NCBI RefSeq assembly: GCF_041956535.1
Contig: NW_027192200.1
Coordinates: 51,398 to 115,397 of the forward strand
Direction: 5' to 3'
From: Calcarisporiella thermophila CBS 279.70
Taxonomy: Eukaryota > Fungi > Calcarisporiellomycota
Length of the DNA stretch: 64,000 bases
Shown here: positions 54,086 through 61,041 of the stretch, piece after piece
Layout: every line of letters starts with the position of its first letter
Numbering within the stretch: position 1 is the stretch's first letter
Notes under the pieces: model-generated
Told to the model about the DNA's origin: nothing
The model's database searches: none
The model's input: only the letters and a program-made list of their open reading frames with translations
Program-made: the position numbers and the translations under genes

Positions 54086-55500
54086 CAACGACAACCTCAT
54101 CAACTGTTTACATAAGCCATCCATATCCAGCTCTCGTGCAAGCGATGCAACCCTAGATAGGTAACCTTTAACTCCGGGAACCCTATCGCTATCTTCTTTC
54201 AATGCTAGAGGCCGCTTTGTTTCCCTAATATCCTTTTATATGAGAATTTTTGGCATTATCGATACTCATCCGTCTCATGACGAGAAGCTGAACGCAAATA
54301 TTGAATTATCTCTACAAGAAAATGAGAAATAAGTAGAAATATTTTTGATCGATAAAGCCTTGAATGTCTCTGTTCTCTGGTCCCTATAATAGAGGAAGAA
54401 ATTTATCGTAAGTTGTTTCTCTGGTGCTCTACCATTGTTTGTTATTTCCAAGCAGTCTTCAAATGCAGAGATCAAATTTTTAACTGAGTTAGTTCCGGCC
54501 GTGGATTCAATCGAAGAGAACCAGCGCGAAAGAAGTCCAAAATGGCCGTCGACTCAGCTCTTGCCATGATATTCCGCACCTTTTTATTGTATTTGGACGG
54601 AAATTCATTGGGTGGATACTGGGCCAATTCTTCGCACCTGAAATGAAGCCACAGTCCGTCCAAATTTCAAGGGTATCGACTTCACTAAGCGGAACTTTCG
54701 AAATGAGCAGTTCAGCGCAATCTTTGACGTAGAAGTGCTTCATGGCCCAGGATGTCCGAGAAGAAATCAAAGTATTCTTTCTGCCCATCGGGAGCAAGCA
54801 GTCCCATCCCCAGGCACGAGCATTGTTTTTTGGAAAAAAATACTTTCCCGTCTCGACCGACCCACCTCCCAAGTGAAGATTTTCCTTGAAATCGATGATG
54901 AGGAGTCTTTCGTTCACCTTTAAGAATTACTACCCTTCTTGCATTTAACTGCTCTCTTTGTTTCTAAAGTGAGAATAGAGTCTGTTTGTCTGTTTGGCTG
55001 CCCCCCCCCCCCCATTCAGCCTTGTATCGTTTATGCAATAAAATAGGAAAGGTTAATAATATGAAAAAAAGTATTCGAACTAGACAATAGCTTTTGAGGT
55101 AGACGATACAGCTCTCGACTCAACTTCCCGAGCAGTTCATGGTTTGTGATTATCAAATCTAAAGTCCAATCGTCTTAGAAATTCCCAAGGAAACTTCTCA
55201 GAGACTACAGAAAACAGCTCTTTTATTGATTCAGGTTTTTCACCGGCTTGAAGGATTGTAAGTTGTCTAAGAGTATGATAGTATGGGTTGTCCGTGTATT
55301 CATATAGATGATGAAACAAAATCATCCCATCTCGTGGATGAAAAAAAAAAGAATCGTGAAACTTCGTCTAGCTCTTCTTTATATGTAAGCGAAGAGGAAA
55401 TCTCCTCTAAACTTTTCTGACTATTCTTCTGCAATGAGGACATTAAGAAGCGAGATTTAATCTGGGAAATAAAACGAGGAAGAGATGCGGAGCGAGCCGA
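54086..55500 (-). pseudogene. Decayed DDE DNA transposase, Sola2-like
   Basis: Motifs in shifting frames: LIIDFKENL, IWTDCGxHFRCEE, AEYHGKS*VDGHFGLLSRW; in-frame stops and frameshifts. Boundaries approximate. Confidence 0.65.
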
Positions 55501-55947
55501 CATGATGAATATAATAGTTAGTAATAATTAGAATACAACAATGTAAGGTTTAGTATATGATTTGTAACGAATTCAAAAATGTAGAGCAAGGAAGCGTAAA
55601 AATGGTTTCGAGAATATTATTCTTGAATATATTTTGTATTTTTAAGGAAATATAAATATAATTGCAGAGTTCTGAAATACTTGTTCTTAATAATCTAAAT
55701 GCGGTATATCCGATCAAGCTTGGAAACTCCCATATGTTGTACCACGTACTTAATCAACCTTGGCAAATTCTAGTTGGGACAGACAATTATTTAGTTGATG
55801 TTACTTCGTGGGCGGGTAAAACTTATCTTTTCAACCAAATTGTATTAAAATGAGTAACATTGCGAGAATAAAGAAATTTATTAGTAAAAATAAGAAATTT
55901 TCCAAAGAATATTAGGTTAAGTTTTGGTTGCTAAATGAGCGAAAGTT

Positions 55948-56301
55948 TCAAGCACCCGTAATAGGGGTTACGTTAGGCGTTACTAGACCATTCTGCCTCC
56001 TTAACTCATCGCCTGCTAATTTCACTACACCAAAGCCAGTAAGAGCTGTCTGAGCTCCAGCGTTCCCAACAACAGAAGGCACATCTTGGCTGACAGTGCT
56101 GAGAGCCCCACCCGCCGCAGCTTCCCCAAGGTTGGCCACATTAGCTGAAGTGTCGGGAGTCGCTACACCCATCTCCACCTGTTCTTGTTGTTCAGGGTTT
56201 TCGTTGTTGCGACGTACAAGATCTGTCACGTCGATGGGGAGCCCCTGAGAGATTGCAAAGCAGAACAAAGAAGTAGCTGCGATAAAAGCAATTGATTTCA
56301 T
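55948..56301 (-). CDS. Small secreted protein (117 aa) with two RR dibasic sites
   Basis: Signal peptide MKSIAFIAATSLFCFAISQG-LP, DLVRR and DELRR; GC-richer than its flanks; TATA-like element upstream (about 56490-56497, minus strand). Confidence 0.75.
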   Translation of the reverse strand: MKSIAFIAATSLFCFAISQGLPIDVTDLVRRNNENPEQQEQVEMGVATPDTSANVANLGEAAAGGALSTVSQDVPSVVGNAGAQTALTGFGVVKLAGDELRRQNGLVTPNVTPITGA

Positions 56302-56577
56302 TGTAGGTTACTGAGAAGCACGGTCTGTGTGAATAGATAAAATATACGTGTAAAAAATAAAAATGCAAATTGTTAACCAGTTGGTGGATTATACAAAAGA
56401 GAAGGCGAGAAAGGACAGGAAAGAGAGTGCGAGAAGAGTTTGAAGCTATTATTGATTAAATGGGAAAGGGGGAGTATGCTTTTTACGAGTTTTTATAGAT
56501 ATTTGGATTCCTTTTGTTATCAACGCAATGCTGCATCTAGTGAATAAGAGTTTACAGGAGAGCGGTGTAGAAGTTAG

Positions 56578-57210
56578 ATTATGTTCGAAACTGGGATTTG
56601 CAGCATTGGAAACGTGTTATTAACTGTGTGCTTGCAAGCTAATACTCTTCCTAATGCATAGTTTAACTTAAAAAATATTGGGTCATTGAGCGATGAGTAT
56701 AACCATGATGTTCTCGTCCAATGGGTTTTTGTTCCTTTAGTTTGGACCATAACCAGATTTTTTGAATGAATTATTGGTGGTTTTACAAATTAGGGTATTT
56801 TCCCTCATCAAATGATCTGCACATTGTTTATTGTTTTTGCTACACCAGTTTCCTTGGTTAATGTATTATTACATTTTGTTCGGTACATTTAACTGTATAT
56901 TGTATAACATGACGCACAATACAAATTAGCTTTCACCATTTCGGCCTATGCCCTTTAAGCATCGTACCCGAGTTTCGTTCGTTGGATGGTATCGGCCCTC
57001 TCCATCCAGTTCCATTCCCCTGGGCCCTCCCCCAAAAGGAAATATATCAGCAAACTTGAACAGTTGCAAAGCTATTTTCCTAACCTTGTATCTTTTATTA
57101 TGTTCGAAACTGGAATTGCAGCATTGTAAAACGTGATATTAGTTGCATGCAAACCTTGAACATTTGCAAAGCTGTTTTTCCGACTTGATATCTTTTACAT
57201 GTTTCAAATC
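56578..57210. repeat. Degenerate ~100-bp repeat unit, three partial copies, in the divergent promoter
   Basis: attatgttcgaaactgg..tgcagcattg..aacgtg at 56578 and 57097; caaac(c)ttgaaca.ttgcaaagct..tatctttta at about 57050 and 57150. Confidence 0.8.
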
Positions 57211-57361
57211 ATTAGATAAATACTTGAATAGTGTAAGCTTGACTTTGAAGATAAGTGAACACTATATAAACTGCTTAGATTAAAATAAAAATCGAAAATA
57301 TCCTCAATTCAATTATCTTATTTTCTCTTTATTTCAATATTCGAACTCTTTCGTCACAGAC

Positions 57362-57931
57362 ATGCTAATACATACACTGGTCTCACACTCTTTTTTACTA
57401 GTTTTAATGCAGATGGTAATGGGAGCTAACTTCATCGGGTGCTCTACGCAACAGCAAAATATCATAAAGGAAGCCATTCCTTCTGCACAGCAATATGCAA
57501 AGTCCACTCTCTCTTACCTTGAATCACACCCTTCGGGTACAAATCGCTATAAAACATGGAATGGCGCCTATGATTCCGGTCGTCACGAAACATTGATTGA
57601 TCACTATAGAAAAATTAGCAGCAATGATTTCAACGCGTTTACGTATGACTGCAGTTGTGATAGACCCAACGTGTATGCTTTTGTGTATCCGAATCGTTTC
57701 GGCGAAATTCACTTATGCCCTCAATTTTGGAGAGCCCCTCTCACAGGTTCTGATTCGAAGGCCGGCACATTAGTACACGAGGCAGCCCACTTTACTGCAA
57801 ATGGCTACAGCAGAGATTATGCGTATGGTCAGTCTGCCAATCGACAATTGGCCGCAAATAGCCCAGATAAAGCATTATTTAACTCGGACTCCAAAGAATA
57901 TTTATCAGAGAATAACCCGTCATTGCCATGA
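57362..57931 (+). CDS. Peptidyl-Lys metalloendopeptidase (Lys-N-like, family M35 aspzincin) without propeptide
   Basis: GTLVHEAAHF + GYSRDYAYG zinc motifs, YDCSC, YVYPNRFG-like segment, LCPQFW.AP.TG.DS, NSDSKEYLSENNP; collinear with mature mushroom Lys-N as recalled. TATAAA at about 57265. Confidence 0.93.
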   Translation: MLIHTLVSHSFLLVLMQMVMGANFIGCSTQQQNIIKEAIPSAQQYAKSTLSYLESHPSGTNRYKTWNGAYDSGRHETLIDHYRKISSNDFNAFTYDCSCDRPNVYAFVYPNRFGEIHLCPQFWRAPLTGSDSKAGTLVHEAAHFTANGYSRDYAYGQSANRQLAANSPDKALFNSDSKEYLSENNPSLP

Positions 57932-58508
57932 TGGATGCTTCAAGACGATGCCAAACAATCCTTAAATTGATGACCTTTACATAATTAAATATAAAATATC
58001 AATAATTACTATAATATTTTAATTTTTCAATCCCAACGAGTATCTTAATAAAAACGGTCTACTTTCTTTACACTTAGGGTTTGATATATTGTGCTTAGTG
58101 TGATCTGAAGTTTTTAATAGTAACTGTACCTTTGATCCAACAAAGCAAATACTATATAAAAAGAGGACGAAAAGACTCTTGTAGGACACAACAAGATAAA
58201 TGTACAGTAATGTAATGAGGGACAAGTGAACTTGGTTTAAGCAAATTAAAAATATATTTAAGACAAGGGAAAAGAAAAACCAAGTATTGAATTGATAAAA
58301 GTAAGGAAAAATGGAAAGGATTAAATAGAGATAGAAAATTAGAAAATCAGAAAATGGCTCAAAGAAAATTACGTCCAAAATCAAACTAAAAATGCTTTTC
58401 AAAAGAAAGGCAACAAGATCGGGAAGGTAAAAATGACAAAGATCAACGAGGTAACGAATTAGGTTAGGCGTTAGACAAAACTTGAGCTCTCTGGTGTAAT
58501 GGGAATTG

Positions 58509-59005
58509 GAGCAGCAGATCTGGCACGAGCACAATACAAGCTGGATCTTGATAGCAAAATCATCAAAGCTAGTAAATTCGATAATAAAAGTACGGCAGAA
58601 GAACGGGAAGCATTCTTGTAATTTGCGCCTGGCTTCTGAATATCGGTTTTAGTACATACAGATATATGAATATATACCTTCATTGTTTAATTTGTTATCG
58701 CTCTTTGGTCCAGGCTGATACTGAGGAGACAAACGATTTTGACGATGTCTTCACCAATGAAGATCTCAATGATATGGCTGCTCGCGATGATGAGGAACTT
58801 GATCTCTTCAGGTGTATGGATGACAAACTTCGGCAGCAGGATGAGCAAATTTGCAAGCAGCGCGGCCTTAAACGGTTCGAACGGCTTATGCAAATGGAGG
58901 AGCTACTCGGAATTTTCCAAAGGAATATGACGCATTTTTAATCGAACAAAGTGAAATTAAATATGGTCGTGGACTTTTCAGAAGAGTGATGTGCGATATG
59001 ACGAT
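58509..59005 (+). pseudogene. Fragment of a Snf2/Sth1 chromatin remodeller (post-helicase and SnAC region)
   Basis: ARAQYKLDLDSKIIKASKFDNKSTAEEREAFL / RSLVQAD...EDLNDMAARDDEELDLFRCMD...RLMQMEEL...YGRG...DVRYDD; frameshifts; decayed intron at about 58618-58698. Confidence 0.85.
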
Positions 59006-59030
59006 GTATGATGATACTGAAAGAATTTAG

Positions 59031-59261
59031 ATCACATTGGAAGCCGTCTTCACGGCATCCATGTTAATATCTAGATTGCTCTGGAGAATGCTTTCGAAAA
59101 GATCGCTGAAACTTCCATATGACTTATTATATATGCCCCGAACTGGGTCGCTGAATTGACTTTCCAATCTTTGGCAGTTCTTGGCTAGACCATGCTCGTC
59201 GGTGCAGGTGCCATTGATGAAATGCCATTTTTTATTCGGGAAAGCAGTGTCAAGCGCCTCG
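59031..59261 (-). pseudogene. Internal fragment paralogous to the 51373-52353 hydrolase
   Basis: Ungapped match to 51821-52051, about 87% identity by hand count; EALDTAFPNKKWHFINGTCTDEHGL...KTASNVI*. Confidence 0.92.
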
Positions 59262-59266
59262 ATACC

Positions 59267-60310
59267 CCTATTTATATCGTTGAAAGNNNNNNNNNNNNNN
59301 NNNNNNNNNNNNNNNNNNNNNNNNNNNNNNNNNNNNNNNNNNNNNNNNNNNNNNNNNNNNNNNNNNNNNNNNNNNNNNNNNNNNNNNNNNNNNNNNNNNN
59401 NNNNNNNNNNNNNNNNNNNNNNNNNNNNNNNNNNNNNNNNNNNNNNNNNNNNNNNNNNNNNNNNNNNNNNNNNNNNNNNNNNNNNNNNNNNNNNNNNNNN
59501 NNNNNNNNNNNNNNNNNNNNNNNNNNNNNNNNNNNNNNNNNNNNNNNNNNNNNNNNNNNNNNNNNNNNNNNNNNNNNNNNNNNNNNNNNNNNNNNNNNNN
59601 NNNNNNNNNNNNNNNNNNNNNNNNNNNNNNNNNNNNNNNNNNNNNNNNNNNNNNNNNNNNNNNNNNNNNNNNNNNNNNNNNNNNNNNNNNNNNNNNNNNN
59701 NNNNNNNNNNNNNNNNNNNNNNNNNNNNNNNNNNNNNNNNNNNNNNNNNNNNNNNNNNNNNNNNNNNNNNNNNNNNNNNNNNNNNNNNNNNNNNNNNNNN
59801 NNNNNNNNNNNNNNNNNNNNNNNNNNNNNNNNNNNNNNNNNNNNNNNNNNNNNNNNNNNNNNNNNNNNNNNNNNNNNNNNNNNNNNNNNNNNNNNNNNNN
59901 NNNNNNNNNNNNNNNNNNNNNNNNNNNNNNNNNNNNNNNNNNNNNNNNNNNNNNNNNNNNNNNNNNNNNNNNNNNNNNNNNNNNNNNNNNNNNNNNNNNN
60001 NNNNNNNNNNNNNNNNNNNNNNNNNNNNNNNNNNNNNNNNNNNNNNNNNNNNNNNNNNNNNNNNNNNNNNNTAATTTCATGATTCCTTCGATTCTTAATC
60101 TACAATGTCCTTGGCCTATTGTGAAACAGCTCGATAGGCTTAAAAACGGCGCGGAGGACATGTTGCAAAAAAGTGGCGAGAGAGTTGTTTACGAGAATTC
60201 GCATTGTATCGACTTCATATGCGCAGAAGAGAAAATAAGCAAAACTAGCAGGACTAGGCCCAGCGGAGTCGATGACGATCAATGCCGAGCCAATGTTTCC
60301 AAAGAAATAT
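59267..60310. mobile_element. Repeat element copy 2 (interior is an N gap), same orientation as copy 1
   Basis: Same left 19-mer and right ~240 bp as copy 1 (2-3 substitutions seen). Confidence 0.7.
59287..60071. other. Assembly gap (785 N)
   Basis: N run. Confidence 1.
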
Positions 60311-60620
60311 GGATCGATGAATGGTGAGATAGAGTCGGACAGACGTAGGATAATCCACCACCATGGCCCGGTGCTTGGATGCCGTGCATACTTCCAATGA
60401 GGAGAAGCAGATTCAAGGAGGACCTCTTGGGTATATTCAAGCGCACGACTCTATGCTTCTAGCAAACTCAACCTAGCAGTAGTGTTTTCGGTCATGAGTG
60501 AATAGATTTCATTATCACCGGCACCAATGAAATCTCCATCCTCAAATAGCTATTTTGCGTTATCAGAAAAATGGATTGAACCCGCTCGAACCCAATGTAT
60601 ACGAAAACGAGCTGATGTCC

Positions 60621-60714
60621 ATAAAAGGGGATTCGGGAAAGAGGAGGCATAGTAGACTCTGCTGGAGACTATCTTATAGTCAACATGACTTTCTTTCCCA
60701 GAATCGCCTTTTAT
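60621..60714. repeat. 94-bp fold-back element with ~23-bp inverted repeats (MITE-like)
   Basis: ataaaaggggattcgggaaaga ... tctttcccagaatcgccttttat (1 mismatch, 1 indel). Confidence 0.7.
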
Positions 60715-61041
60715 AGATAATATCACTGCTAAAATGTCTATAAACGGAGAATTGGGAAAAAGGGACCATTACATATGTTATCTCCAGTCTCCAGCAATGC
60801 ATGGTGGAGCGTCTGCCGTCTCTCTCGACTCCATTGTAAACACAAAGTATTTGTCACGACATGCTACATGCGTACCACTGATCTATATCTAACAGATGCA
60901 TTCTGCTTTGACATTTAGGCTGACATCTTTCACATCCAGAAAATCCCTGCAGGGTGAAGAATTCCAGCGTCATTTATATCCTGGAACTCTCTCAGGGATC
61001 ATCTCGGTTTTGAAATAGACGAGGATAATCTAGCAGGAGGC

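Noticed and set aside
54128-54158. ctcgtgcaagcgatgcaaccctag as a Helitron 3' end
   Set aside because: The hairpin is poor and the sequence reads as the C-terminal coding part of the decayed transposase on the other strand.
56578-57210. Repeats considered as a CRISPR-like array
   Set aside because: Only 2-3 degenerate copies, irregular spacing, eukaryotic context, no cas genes.
58019-58534. 171-aa hydrophobic minus-strand ORF
   Set aside because: Complement of an A-rich low-complexity tract, non-ATG start, and overlaps the Snf2 fragment.
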